A stretch of DNA of 32,242 nucleotides from a virus (lineage: Duplodnaviria; Caudoviricetes). The number at the start of each line of letters is the position of its first letter. Positions within the stretch are counted from its first letter, which is position 1. Below are positions 1-9,855 of the stretch, piece after piece. The stretch is taken from positions 1-32,242 of IMG/VR virus record IMGVR_UViG_3300037598_000406; one strand, written 5' to 3'. Under the pieces are notes generated by a model. The model had not been told where the DNA came from and made no database searches. It saw only the letters and a program-made list of their open reading frames with translations. The position numbers were made by a program, and so were the translations under genes.

Positions 1-812
1 ATGTCCCCCTGTTCGACGATATAGTCTCCCAATCGGGTAGCTAACCACCTGGATAGCTCGAAGGTCGGCCAGCCCCCATACTGGCCGTAGGCGAAGATGG
101 TGGCGCCGAAGATGGTATTGTCCTTCATGAACTCGCTATCGGCGTCCTTGAGCTGTTGGAGGTACTTTCTCTCGGTCGTATACGTCCTCCAGCCGTGCCC
201 CTTGGCGCCGCAGTCAATCCCGAACTCCGTGAGTATCGTCGGGCGATAGACTCCCGCCGCCTGAATCATCTTCCGATAGCGCAGGGTGTACCACTCGGCA
301 TCGGAGAGCACCTCCGGGCAGCCGTAGCCATGATAGGCCAGGTAGTCCGCCACCTTCAGAGCTGGAGCAAAGTATTTCATCAGGGATATATCGGCGGGGT
401 TTCCCACCGAGAAGCTCCCCACCAATACATCAAGCTCCGGGCACTTGGCCTTCAGCTCCAGCGCCCATACGCGGTTGAACTCCGCCAGCTTCTGCATCTC
501 CAGCGGCGTATGGACGATTGGCTCGTTGATGCACTCGAAGGCATCGAACCTCTCGCCATTGGCCTTGTGGATGTCGTAATGTATCGCCGCCAGGTGCTTG
601 GCGTTGGATACAGACCACTCCCACAGGTCTACCTGTTGCCCCAGGTAGCGAGCGATGAGGTAAACATCTCCCGGAATCTCCGGCATCCACTTGGCATAAT
701 CGCCATAATTGACGATGACCAGCTTCGCTACCCTGGGGCGATACTCCACTATCCAGTCCTTGCCATAGTCAGCCGGATTGAGGCATTGAATGCCCAGTTT
801 CGATTTTCTCAT
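1..812 (-). CDS. Clan GH-A glycoside hydrolase-like TIM-barrel protein (partial, runs off the left end; absent from the ORF track)
   Basis: Manual translation from ATG 812 (GGAGG RBS) is open to the window edge: MRKSKLGIQCLNP...FDAFECINEP...DYLAYHGYG...RYR...PTILTEFGID...GW...GATIFAYG...W. NEP acid/base and TEFG nucleophile motifs are present. Confidence 0.8.
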   Translation of the reverse strand, partial: MRKSKLGIQCLNPADYGKDWIVEYRPRVAKLVIVNYGDYAKWMPEIPGDVYLIARYLGQQVDLWEWSVSNAKHLAAIHYDIHKANGERFDAFECINEPIVHTPLEMQKLAEFNRVWALELKAKCPELDVLVGSFSVGNPADISLMKYFAPALKVADYLAYHGYGCPEVLSDAEWYTLRYRKMIQAAGVYRPTILTEFGIDCGAKGHGWRTYTTERKYLQQLKDADSEFMKDNTIFGATIFAYGQYGGWPTFELSRWLATRLGDYIVEQGD

Positions 813-821
813 CTCGTCCTC

Positions 822-1823
822 CTATCTCTCCTGTACTTGCCATAGATAGCCCATATAGTCCACTGTAGTTATCTCAGCCACTTCGACTGTATAAGACTCA
901 ACTTCAGCGAAATCCCATCTCAGCCTTTGAATGGCCTCCTCCGCCATGAGATTGGCGTAGGATATGAGGCCGTTCCTGACGACAATCGCCAGCATCTCCG
1001 GCTCAGGGAACTCAGCGCCATATTGCTCCTCAAGCCCTATCCTCAACTGATGGACGACCCCCGACCAGGCATTGTGGAGCGAGGCCCTCAAATCCACCTC
1101 CCTCCTCTCCACCGGGTCGAGGATTTCCACCCTGGCCGTGAGCTTCAGCACCTCGATTATCTCATCCCCCTCGCTATAGCTGAGATAGGCATAGACGATG
1201 ACAGTCTCCATCCTCTGTATCGGCTCGATATAGCTCAGCGGGAGGATATTGCCGCGCTGGACGTATCTCGCCTTTCCCCAGAGAGGATAGGCGATGGCCT
1301 CCCCATAGGGGACGACGCTGGAGGCGACAATGGCTATCAGAGACAAGCTCACCAGCCATTGCGGAATGGAAATCCTCTTCTTCGGGGGAAAGATGGTCAA
1401 AGGCACCGGGCGAATCGGCCCGGCCAGGAGCCTGAAATTCCTCAAATCTATCTCGAACCTCCTGGTCTTCCACCAGAAGATACCCTTGATGAGGGCGGCC
1501 ACCATGGGCCCGATGGCAAACCACCCCAGGATGGCGGCCATCAGCAGATAGCCCTCCCTGCCCAGGTTTCGGGTCAGAACTCGATACGGCGCAAATCTCA
1601 CCAGGGCGAAGAGGACAGCGATATAGACGATGCCCTTCTTGAAGCTCTCCAGGGCCGAGCGGGCCCTGGCCGAGGCAATCCTGTCCCTGGCTGCGATGAG
1701 GGCCTTCTTCAGCTCCTCAGCCGTGGGGAGGAAACCGAAGCATATAATGTCCGTTCCCCCGGCGAGCAGTGCCCCTCCGTCGCACCAGACCTCCTTGCCC
1801 TTTCGATAGCACTCAATCCTCAT
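822..1823 (-). CDS. Membrane protein, about 3 TM segments plus a soluble C-terminal domain
   Basis: 333-aa ORF tightly packed with its neighbours; hydrophobic stretches GIVYIAVLFALV, LLMAAILGWFAIGPMVAALI, WLVSLSLIAIVASSVV. Confidence 0.7.
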   Translation of the reverse strand: MRIECYRKGKEVWCDGGALLAGGTDIICFGFLPTAEELKKALIAARDRIASARARSALESFKKGIVYIAVLFALVRFAPYRVLTRNLGREGYLLMAAILGWFAIGPMVAALIKGIFWWKTRRFEIDLRNFRLLAGPIRPVPLTIFPPKKRISIPQWLVSLSLIAIVASSVVPYGEAIAYPLWGKARYVQRGNILPLSYIEPIQRMETVIVYAYLSYSEGDEIIEVLKLTARVEILDPVERREVDLRASLHNAWSGVVHQLRIGLEEQYGAEFPEPEMLAIVVRNGLISYANLMAEEAIQRLRWDFAEVESYTVEVAEITTVDYMGYLWQVQER

Positions 1824-2832
1824 CAGCCAGCTCCTCTATAATAGCTTTGAGAAACAGATAGGTCTGCTCCGCCCTCTCATCCAATCCCCAGGTGCTGCGG
1901 CCTGGGGGGAAAGTCTCGGTGGTGACTGCAATGCACCCGAACTTCCAAACGGCCCATTCCGAGGCGGTCAGCCAGTCGCACATGGTGGGCCGGACGATGT
2001 CCAGCAATCTCCCCTGGCCGACCATCAGCCCGCCGTATTCGTTCTCCAGGCGGCGCTGCCAGGGCGCCTGAAGGAGTTGCCCTCCCGCCTTTTTATACCG
2101 CCTGATGACCTTCCCCACCAGCGAGAAGCCAGGATGGTCTCTGAGATGCCTCCTGGCCCTCCACGAGCGAAAGGCCCCAAACATCCCGCAGGCCCAGTCC
2201 TCGATGACCCTGCGGAACCACCTGTCCGGCTCAAGCAGGGCCAGGCCAGCCCCAAGCCCGCTGGGTAGCATGGGCCCTCCAATTGCCCCAGGCAGGAGGT
2301 TGAGATAGCTCGGATGAATGGGATAGCACTCTATGACCAGAATCCCCGCCCCATTCCAGAATATGGGCGAGGTGAGGGAAGTCGTCTCATGAGCGGCATG
2401 GACGAACGTGGGCGCAAATTTGGTCATGAGGGCCCTATTTCTCGCCGCCTGTATGCTGGGGATGGAGAGGGAAAACTCGCTGTTTCTGTCGAAATAGCAC
2501 TGATAATAGGAGCCATCCACCCCATAGCCGCGCTGAGGTGGGTCGCTACATGGATTGCCGGAGAGGTCAACGAATCCATACCCCTCCTCGTCCAGCGCCT
2601 CCGGGTCTAATACCATCAGCCCCAGGGCAATATCGTCGGGGAGCTTCATCCCCTCGATGGCCCACCGCATGGCTAACGCCGGCGCTGGCTCCAGGCCATG
2701 AGTGGAGGCGATGAATAGCACCCTGTGCCTCGCCTCAAGGCTTCCTAGCACGAACATCCTGGCATCGGGTTGCCACTCCTCTATTCCCCTCTTTTCGGCT
2801 GCTGCTTTTATGTCATCCCACGTGACTTTCAT
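1813..2832 (-). CDS. M14-like zinc carboxypeptidase / deacylase-fold protein
   Basis: Likely start MKVTWDD at 2832 (GGAGG RBS). Motifs STHGLEP (HxxE), DRNSEF (DxNRxF-like), HAAHE (third Zn ligand) and C-terminal TTETF (candidate catalytic Glu). Confidence 0.65.
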   Translation of the reverse strand: MKVTWDDIKAAAEKRGIEEWQPDARMFVLGSLEARHRVLFIASTHGLEPAPALAMRWAIEGMKLPDDIALGLMVLDPEALDEEGYGFVDLSGNPCSDPPQRGYGVDGSYYQCYFDRNSEFSLSIPSIQAARNRALMTKFAPTFVHAAHETTSLTSPIFWNGAGILVIECYPIHPSYLNLLPGAIGGPMLPSGLGAGLALLEPDRWFRRVIEDWACGMFGAFRSWRARRHLRDHPGFSLVGKVIRRYKKAGGQLLQAPWQRRLENEYGGLMVGQGRLLDIVRPTMCDWLTASEWAVWKFGCIAVTTETFPPGRSTWGLDERAEQTYLFLKAIIEELADED

Positions 2833-3517
2833 AGTCCTCCAGCCATCCATAAGGACACGGAAGGCGAACCGTCCAGCGTCCAGCCTGTGCTGCCCTCCTG
2901 TAGAGGGGGACAAGCTCGTCAAGCGCCCACCGGCGGGCGACGTGGAGGGCCTCGACGTAGGCCCTCTCCGGCGGCGCATTGTTAATCGTCTCCCGCAGGA
3001 CGGCCAGGCCGGCGTGGACTTCGACCTTCACATTATCGGGGTGAATGCTGTGATAGAGATTCCTGTATCCCGCCACCGTCTCGGCGATATGCCCACGAGC
3101 GAGGGCCTGCACCACGCTTGAGAAAAGTGGCAGGAAGAGAAGCAGATATAGCCCCGTCCAAATCTCCGAGAATCTGCCCTGGGCATTGATGATGGATAAT
3201 AAGCCATAGAATTGCAACAGATAATAGAGCCTTCCCAGGATAAAGGTGCTCCAGATGAAGATAATGCTTCTCTGAGACATGGCCGAGCTGGAAGCCCTGA
3301 CGAATCTCACGTCATGTATCAGCTCGATGAGCCGAATTATCTCGTGGTCGCGTAGTTGGCGCGGCGACAGTATCACCAGGTCTGGCTCCACGCGCTCCTT
3401 ATAGGCCCAGTGAGCCAGTCCGGTGCAGTCGTGCGGAAAATGCAGCGCCAGTTTTCCTTTGAGCGGAACGAGATAAGCTAAATTCATACTAATCATGGCT
3501 GATAGACCGGGTAGCAA
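2813..3517 (-). CDS. Membrane protein, 2 TM segments
   Basis: 234-aa ORF overlapping both neighbours; hydrophobic IIFIWSTFILGRLYYLL and IWTGLYLLLFLPLF. Start codon uncertain. Confidence 0.6.
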   Translation of the reverse strand: MLPGLSAMISMNLAYLVPLKGKLALHFPHDCTGLAHWAYKERVEPDLVILSPRQLRDHEIIRLIELIHDVRFVRASSSAMSQRSIIFIWSTFILGRLYYLLQFYGLLSIINAQGRFSEIWTGLYLLLFLPLFSSVVQALARGHIAETVAGYRNLYHSIHPDNVKVEVHAGLAVLRETINNAPPERAYVEALHVARRWALDELVPLYRRAAQAGRWTVRLPCPYGWLEDYESHVG

Positions 3518-4140
3518 AAGAGTGGGACGCGTATGGGCACGCCCAGTATCATCAGCTTAATGTATTCCCAAAATCCCCTGGGTACGACATCCAGGGCAAT
3601 GGGCGGCAGCCTTCTCAGCAGGCGCCGATAGTACTTCCCAAAGTGCGGATGGCGAGAGTGTTTCTCTATCCACTCGTTCTCCGTCCCATCCCAATCGCAG
3701 ATGGCGGCGGCCAGCTCCTTTAAGCGCTCATCTATCTCCTGATGGATATAAGTGATGCGGCGGCAGTATCTATACTTCCACAGGAATCTCGCATAAAGGA
3801 GGAGCTGCAACAGCCTCCATATCCCATCGGCGAAGAACCAGAGCGTAATCCAGCCCCGCGTCAGGACGAACCACGACCCCCACTGGAAGAGCTGGGAGAA
3901 ATCGAAATATATAGCCAGGGCTGAGTAGGCCGCCCAGATGGGAACTGCCGCAGCGATATGACGATAGATGTCCAGCTTCCAGTCGAAGTTCGCCAAATCC
4001 GAGAGGAATTTCCCCATGAGCTGAGCCACCTCCGGCCCGGAGAGGAGGCGATAGCTCTTTATCACCACCTCACGGAAGTTCCCATCCGGGACAGCTACGG
4101 CCCACGATGTGTACTTGCATGGGAGGATATAGATATTCAT
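3493..4140 (-). CDS. Membrane protein, 2 TM segments
   Basis: 215-aa ORF; hydrophobic IAAAVPIWAAYSALAIYF and GWITLWFFADGIWRLLQLLLY. Confidence 0.65.
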   Translation of the reverse strand: MNIYILPCKYTSWAVAVPDGNFREVVIKSYRLLSGPEVAQLMGKFLSDLANFDWKLDIYRHIAAAVPIWAAYSALAIYFDFSQLFQWGSWFVLTRGWITLWFFADGIWRLLQLLLYARFLWKYRYCRRITYIHQEIDERLKELAAAICDWDGTENEWIEKHSRHPHFGKYYRRLLRRLPPIALDVVPRGFWEYIKLMILGVPIRVPLFCYPVYQP

Positions 4141-4151
4141 CGCCCGGAGCG

Positions 4152-4616
4152 TTACAGGAAACTAAACGCGAAAACCAGCGAGTCCCTGCCGTAGACTATC
4201 AGGGCATTTGTGCCGCTCTCATCCTCGAAGGACACGAACCAGACCTCGATGGGATAGCCTTCATAATCCGTAGCGTCAATTTTAGCCACGACGTTAAAGT
4301 TCCAATATGAATAGTCAAGGTCTTCGAGGAGAGGAGTGCCCGGCACCCATCCCATCATCGTAAACCTGAGAGTAAGCTCCGGCGCTATGGCCTCTAGGAA
4401 AAGCTCCGTATCCTTGTGCTCGATGGCCTTGAGGAAATTCGTCAGATACACCGGTATCTCCTCAAAGCCCCGGAGCTTTCGCTCGTAGGTCAGGGCGGCC
4501 TGCCAGTCCTCGATGGCCTGCATGTGGTTATAGAGGGACAGCAGGGAGGCGCACAGCCCTATTAGCAGCGCCAGGAATAGCGCCCCTGAGACCCAAAAGA
4601 GTTTGTTTTCTTTCAT
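4152..4616 (-). CDS. N-terminally anchored membrane or secreted protein
   Basis: GGAGGTGA RBS; N-terminal TM LFWVSGALFLALLIGLCASLL; ATGA overlap with the upstream gene. Confidence 0.75.
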   Translation of the reverse strand: MKENKLFWVSGALFLALLIGLCASLLSLYNHMQAIEDWQAALTYERKLRGFEEIPVYLTNFLKAIEHKDTELFLEAIAPELTLRFTMMGWVPGTPLLEDLDYSYWNFNVVAKIDATDYEGYPIEVWFVSFEDESGTNALIVYGRDSLVFAFSFL

Positions 4617-5698
4617 TCGTCACCTCCTAGATATAGATTTAGAAACTCACGGGCGTCATCAACTGTGACCTTCGGATAATAGTAATAAGGACGATATGCT
4701 CTCTCCTCGGCGTCGGGGAAACGACTGGAGGATGAACTGAGCGAGAATTCGTCTTTCCTGGCTCCCCGCAGGTAATAATAGGGCATGATGTAATATGTCA
4801 GCCTGACTCGCACGGAGGCGGGGAAAAGCCTGTCCGCCCTGTAGAGCGCCAGCCTGTCGTGGGCGCTGAAGGAGAGCTTTGCCCTGGTCAGCGCCCTCTC
4901 TCCCGCCTCTTTGCGCAGCCAGGCCAGCAGGTGGTTGACCCTCTCGTAGAGCCACCCGCAGGAGCGACACGTCGTATCTCCCCGACCAATCTCCCCATAC
5001 TCGACCCTGTGCTCCAGATAGCGATATGCCCATCGCCTGAGCCTCAGAAGCGATGATTTAAGGAGCCTGTCATCGTGCGTCTCCAGCCAATACGCCAGCC
5101 CAATCTCCATAGAGTGCAGCTCGGTGGCCGTCTCGTTGTATTGCCCCTGGATATGCACAATCTCATGTATGAGCGTATGCCAGATGCCGCTGTCCTCCCT
5201 GAGATAGCGGGCATTGATATAGATATTATTCCCGCCGTAATAGACATATCCCCCGACGCGCCAGTAATGCTCCACCTGGTGGGGGTACACATCCTGCCAG
5301 TCGAATGTATACACCTCCGCCGGTCGTTTGAGTTTATCGGCGGATGTTACCGATTCGCTCACATAATACGGAAGAATTAACTCTATAAACTCCTTGACCT
5401 CCTCCAGCGAGGGCGGCGGATATGAGGGCAGCGAGTATATCATCTGACTCAGCCTCACCACATCCTCCGCAGCCCTGGCGGGAGGGGTATCGCAAATTCG
5501 CTGCGAGACGAGCCTGATTCGGGCCGTCGCAGGAGCCCAATGCCATCCGGTATCCCACCACCGTGCGGTGGCATCCCCCCAGACGACGATGGCATCGTAG
5601 CACTCCTCCAAATAGAAAAACCCCTCCACAAACCAAACGCAAACCGGCAGCGCCGCCAGCAGAATGCCCAAGACTATGAGTTTCCATGTTTTTATCAT
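4613..5698 (-). CDS. Membrane-anchored HExxH zinc metallopeptidase (gluzincin-like)
   Basis: N-terminal signal/anchor; IYIN strand followed by TLIHEIVHIQG..NETATE (HExxH plus downstream Glu). Confidence 0.7.
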   Translation of the reverse strand: MIKTWKLIVLGILLAALPVCVWFVEGFFYLEECYDAIVVWGDATARWWDTGWHWAPATARIRLVSQRICDTPPARAAEDVVRLSQMIYSLPSYPPPSLEEVKEFIELILPYYVSESVTSADKLKRPAEVYTFDWQDVYPHQVEHYWRVGGYVYYGGNNIYINARYLREDSGIWHTLIHEIVHIQGQYNETATELHSMEIGLAYWLETHDDRLLKSSLLRLRRWAYRYLEHRVEYGEIGRGDTTCRSCGWLYERVNHLLAWLRKEAGERALTRAKLSFSAHDRLALYRADRLFPASVRVRLTYYIMPYYYLRGARKDEFSLSSSSSRFPDAEERAYRPYYYYPKVTVDDAREFLNLYLGGDE

Positions 5699-5886
5699 CA
5701 GTTACCTTCTCTTTCGATAAGTTCCTTGAGTTCATTTACATTGAAGTATTCCAAAATCAGCCCTTTTTGGACTATTTCAACTACGTTCAAAACCTTGCAC
5801 CGGGGACAGAGAAGCGATACCGTCCCGGCAGCTATCTTATAGAGCAACAAAACACGGCGGCATTTCCTACATCGAAGTTCCTCCAT
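5698..5886 (-). CDS. Com-family (phage Mu Com-like) zinc-finger regulator
   Basis: MEELRCRKCRRVLL...SLLCPRCKVLN matches the Com pattern RCxxCxxLL...CPRCK; GGAGG RBS. Confidence 0.75.
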   Translation of the reverse strand: MEELRCRKCRRVLLLYKIAAGTVSLLCPRCKVLNVVEIVQKGLILEYFNVNELKELIEREGN

Positions 5887-5895
5887 TTTAGCCTC

Positions 5896-8187
5896 CTATC
5901 TCTGATTAAAGCGATTATGCCGGTAATAAACCTGCTCGATGGCCTCGGCTATCACCCTGGCGCAATCCTCCCAGTTGAAATCTTCGGCCCTCTTGAGGCT
6001 GGCCTCGCTCATCTTAGCCAGTATATCACCCTTTTCCCTTAAGCGCAAGAGGAGCTGCGCCAGGTCGGTATAGCTTATCTGAGCCAGCCTCACCCCGGTA
6101 TGCCAGTGGGTGATGGCCGAAGGCTTGAGCAGGACGCCCACATCCGGGGTGACGATTTCATTGCGCACCCCATCGTAGGTAGCCACGATGGGGAGGCCGC
6201 AGGCCATCGCCTCCACCAGCGGCAGGCCGAAGCCCTCGACGCTCTCCGGCGCCACATAGAGGTCGGCGCAGTTATACCTCTCCACCAGGCCATAGCCAGC
6301 CATCGGATGGATGGCCCCCTCTATCACGCCGGCCTCCTTGACGCCATACTCTTGGGCGAAGAGCACTGGCGGAAATCTCACCATCCCCCGCAGGTTGTAG
6401 GACTCGGCCAGGTGGAGCAGGGGTATCGGCTGATAGCCGCTCTTCTCGATGGGATTGGTGTGGATGTAGAAGAGGAAATCGGTATGCCCTCGCGAGGCCA
6501 GCCAGCGGGCCGCCTCTATCAGGATGCCCTGGTTGGAGGTGCGCTTGTTACGCTTGACATTCATCACCACGAAGAACTTATCCAGCCCAGCCTGCTCCCG
6601 AAGCCTGCGGCGCTCCTCCTCCGGAAGCCTCCTGAAGACCTCCCTGTCCACGCCATGCCATGCCCACCGAAGGCGGATGGCCCCAAGGCCGAGGGCCTTC
6701 CCGGCCATCTCAAACATCTCCACGCCCCACTGCGTGTAGGTGATACACTCTCCTCCCCGCGCCTTGATGCTGCTCGCCATCTCCAGGAAGATACGAGGAA
6801 TCGGAATGCCCTCGATTGGAAAATAAACCACCACCGGCCACTCGCTGATTCGCTGCCATATCTTCTGAACGGTGCCTGGGTCATAGTTGATATAGATTAC
6901 ATCTGGTTTGTAAAAGTCCAAGAATTGCTCCAGCATGTAGAGGCCGCTGGGGTCGTACTCGCATGGGCGCCAGACCGGGAAGGGGTCTTCCATCGGGCGC
7001 GGACATGTATCCAGCATCCCGATGGCCGCCAGCTCGAAGCCCCACTCCTGCCAGTACCGGGAGACGTTCTTCGTCACCACCCCGAAGCCCGTGGTGAGCG
7101 TGGGGGAATCGGACAGGATGGCGACCTTTATCCTCTTCGGCTTGACGGCGGGCCAGATTTTCGCCCTGTCGCCTCCGATAATCACACGAGGCTCCTCCAA
7201 AACCTCGACGAGCTGGCGGCCAATCACCTTCAGGTCATACTCCTTGGCTTTCTGCCGGAGGGCGGCGGCATATTCCACCCTAAACGCATCATCGGTGCAT
7301 AGCCTCCTTAGCCTCACTAACGCCTCCTCTTTTGTTCCCCAAGTCAAAGCGCCGCCCTCCGGCATCCCACCCGAATCGTGCACCAACGCGGCCACTCCAG
7401 CGGCCATCGCCTCCTCGACGATGATGCCCCTGTGCTCGGCCATGCTTATATCCTGGGCCTCGAAACCAGTGGCCGAGAAGAGGATGGAGGCCCTCTTCAT
7501 GAGATTGATATAATCCTGGCGGCTCAAGTCGTGGTGGAAGTAGATGGGCTTCCTGATGGCCTCTGCCTGGCGCTTGATGCGCTTGAAATAGTCCTCATGC
7601 TGCACGCTGCCCACCAGGTGAAGCTCCCAGCCGGGGACATCTAGCTTCTCGAACAACTCCAAGGCCACATCGTGGCGCTTGTTGTTGCCGGATGGCACCT
7701 CGAAGAACCTCCCCACGACCAGGATGATTTTCTCTTTCTCGCCTGGAGGCTGAAATTCCCCCCAGTTGATGGGCGGATAGATTACGATGGCGTCATCTCT
7801 ATTCCACCTCTTCGAGACCGCCCAGGCGCAGAACTTGCTGTTAGCGATGATGACCTGATAATCGCTCACATCCCAGCGATATTGCGGGAAGAAAGTGACC
7901 AGGACGTTCAGCCTGGCTAATCCCCCATACTTGATAAAATGGGAGATATTGATAAAGACATCGAACTCCCTGGGGTCGTAGACGCCTGAATAGACCCAGC
8001 GGGTGTTGCTCAAGTCCAGGCCATAGTCCTCCCTGGCTTTGTCGAACATGGGCAGGACGCCACGCTCGACGACGGCCAGGACTTCGTAGTGCTCGTCAAG
8101 GGCCTTCAGGAAGGAGAAGGTGTGATATTCGCCTCCGCCATATCCTCCCTGAGCGCCTACATGCCCGCAATAGACCATCAGTTTCAT
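5896..8187 (-). CDS. Tandem two-domain GT4 (GT-B) glycosyltransferase
   Basis: Two GT4 signatures: EHRGIIVEEAMAAG and EGFGLPLVEAMACGLP; N-terminal GGGE loop, second domain begins with SDSPTLTTGFG. Confidence 0.9.
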   Translation of the reverse strand: MKLMVYCGHVGAQGGYGGGEYHTFSFLKALDEHYEVLAVVERGVLPMFDKAREDYGLDLSNTRWVYSGVYDPREFDVFINISHFIKYGGLARLNVLVTFFPQYRWDVSDYQVIIANSKFCAWAVSKRWNRDDAIVIYPPINWGEFQPPGEKEKIILVVGRFFEVPSGNNKRHDVALELFEKLDVPGWELHLVGSVQHEDYFKRIKRQAEAIRKPIYFHHDLSRQDYINLMKRASILFSATGFEAQDISMAEHRGIIVEEAMAAGVAALVHDSGGMPEGGALTWGTKEEALVRLRRLCTDDAFRVEYAAALRQKAKEYDLKVIGRQLVEVLEEPRVIIGGDRAKIWPAVKPKRIKVAILSDSPTLTTGFGVVTKNVSRYWQEWGFELAAIGMLDTCPRPMEDPFPVWRPCEYDPSGLYMLEQFLDFYKPDVIYINYDPGTVQKIWQRISEWPVVVYFPIEGIPIPRIFLEMASSIKARGGECITYTQWGVEMFEMAGKALGLGAIRLRWAWHGVDREVFRRLPEEERRRLREQAGLDKFFVVMNVKRNKRTSNQGILIEAARWLASRGHTDFLFYIHTNPIEKSGYQPIPLLHLAESYNLRGMVRFPPVLFAQEYGVKEAGVIEGAIHPMAGYGLVERYNCADLYVAPESVEGFGLPLVEAMACGLPIVATYDGVRNEIVTPDVGVLLKPSAITHWHTGVRLAQISYTDLAQLLLRLREKGDILAKMSEASLKRAEDFNWEDCARVIAEAIEQVYYRHNRFNQR

Positions 8188-8405
8188 GTTACTGTCTCCG
8201 GCTTGTATGGAGAGTAGGAGGCCCGCACGTGCACCTTCAGGGGCTCACGGGCCATCACCTCCAGTAGAGGCATCCGCCGCCCCTCCTTATCATAGATAAC
8301 GATGCTGAACAGCTCCTCGGTATCCAGGGGCGTGAGGTCAACGTGATACTCCCACTCGCCGTGGGCCTGGTCGTATGAGTGCCACTCTCCGAGTTTTACT
8401 GCCAT
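8184..8405 (-). CDS. Small hypothetical protein
   Basis: Likely start MAVKLGEW at 8405 after GAGGA; fills the gap with overlaps to both neighbours. Confidence 0.6.
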   Translation of the reverse strand: MAVKLGEWHSYDQAHGEWEYHVDLTPLDTEELFSIVIYDKEGRRMPLLEVMAREPLKVHVRASYSPYKPETVT

Positions 8406-9106
8406 AACAATTCCTCTTCGACATAACATGATGGAAGCCTGCGGACGGCATACTTCCGTCCGGTCAGGTCGCCCGGCTTCTCGAAGCCGGAGCCATACAT
8501 GGATAGATATTGCGATTCCTTCTCGGCCAGCCGCTTCTCATCGAGCCAGCCGAGATGGAGGATTCCCACATTGAAATCGGCGATTTCATCGTCGAGAAAC
8601 TCGATTAGCTGCCCGCCGGATAGCTTCATCACGTGCTCGTGCACCTGTCCCACCCATCGCAGCCTCTCATCAGCCCTCCACACCCTCGGCCAGGTCTCCC
8701 ATCCCCCGTGAGAGGCGGCGTAGTGAGACTTGTCGCTGACAATATTGTATTGCTTGACCCTCACCGCCACAATCTCAGGCGGGAGATTTCGCAAAGCCTG
8801 CCTGAACCACGATTTGTACCGTGCGGGAAAAATCTCGTCGCTGTCAATCCTCATCCACCACCACTCCTCGCCACGCGGGGCGTGGTCAAATGAAACCTGT
8901 CTTTGCAACGCAAAGTGGCCTGGCCACTTGTGCTCAACGAGTTTGATGTTTAGGATGCCCTTTTGCCTATGGATGATATTCAGCGTCTCGTCCTGAGAAC
9001 CGCCGTCCACAATGGTCACGTGATTTGCCAGGCCATGAAGCGACTTCAGACACGCCAGCAGGGTATCTTCGTTGTTCAGGACTATCATCGTGACAGCTAA
9101 TTTCAT
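8396..9106 (-). CDS. GT2 glycosyltransferase (WaaE/KdtX-like)
   Basis: MIVLNNE...IVDGGSQDET...RIDSDE (DxD)...GQVHE...ILHLG. Confidence 0.9.
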   Translation of the reverse strand: MKLAVTMIVLNNEDTLLACLKSLHGLANHVTIVDGGSQDETLNIIHRQKGILNIKLVEHKWPGHFALQRQVSFDHAPRGEEWWWMRIDSDEIFPARYKSWFRQALRNLPPEIVAVRVKQYNIVSDKSHYAASHGGWETWPRVWRADERLRWVGQVHEHVMKLSGGQLIEFLDDEIADFNVGILHLGWLDEKRLAEKESQYLSMYGSGFEKPGDLTGRKYAVRRLPSCYVEEELLWQ

Positions 9107-9855
9107 TTGGCTAACTCCGGGTACTTCTTGATGAGCTTAAGCCAGTTGGGATGGGTCTGGCCCGGATGCTCCCTATCGAACCGCCTGAGCACCCTATCAC
9201 GCCAGGAGCCCTGGCTCTCGCTATCGTCCACCATCATCGGGATGCCGTTCGCCAGAACGACCTCCCCTCCTGCCTCGACAAGGCGGATGCCGAAATCCCT
9301 GTCGGCGAAGCCCATGCTTAAATCAAACTCCTCGTCAAAGCCGCCCACCTTCTCCACAAGCGAGCGAGGACACGACATCCCGGCGCTTGTGACCCAGGAG
9401 GCCGGCCCCTCCCGACGAATCTCAAACGGGATGAGGTAGTAATGCTTGGCGACCCTATTGGCGAGATGAGGAACCAATACACAATTCGGAATAAAGGCAT
9501 GGTATAGCTGAATAAGGAAGAGCGCGTGGGGGTGGAATATCAAATCATCGTCGAGGAAGAGGATAACGTCGTTATGGGTATGGCGGATGGCTATATTGCG
9601 GGAGCTATAGACCCTGGGAAGGTCATCGGGGTGACGCTCGCGATAGATGTACTCGGCCTTGAAGGGGAGGGAGCCCCAGTCTATGGAGAAACCCACCTGG
9701 GGCTGCGAGCCATCGTCCACCACGCAGCAGTCCAAATGCTCGAATCTAAAGAAGAGCTGCTCCGAGAGCTGGCGGACGACCCTGGCGAGGGATTGAGGGC
9801 GATTATAGGTGGCTATCACGACGCTAATGCTCGGAAGCTCTAACGTATACGGCAT
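9103..9855 (-). CDS. GT2 glycosyltransferase
   Basis: True start MPYTLELPSISVVIATYNR at 9855 (GGAGGAG RBS); VVDDGS, RNIAI, LFLDDD, VGGFDEEF, DRDFGIR. Confidence 0.9.
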   Translation of the reverse strand: MPYTLELPSISVVIATYNRPQSLARVVRQLSEQLFFRFEHLDCCVVDDGSQPQVGFSIDWGSLPFKAEYIYRERHPDDLPRVYSSRNIAIRHTHNDVILFLDDDLIFHPHALFLIQLYHAFIPNCVLVPHLANRVAKHYYLIPFEIRREGPASWVTSAGMSCPRSLVEKVGGFDEEFDLSMGFADRDFGIRLVEAGGEVVLANGIPMMVDDSESQGSWRDRVLRRFDREHPGQTHPNWLKLIKKYPELAK

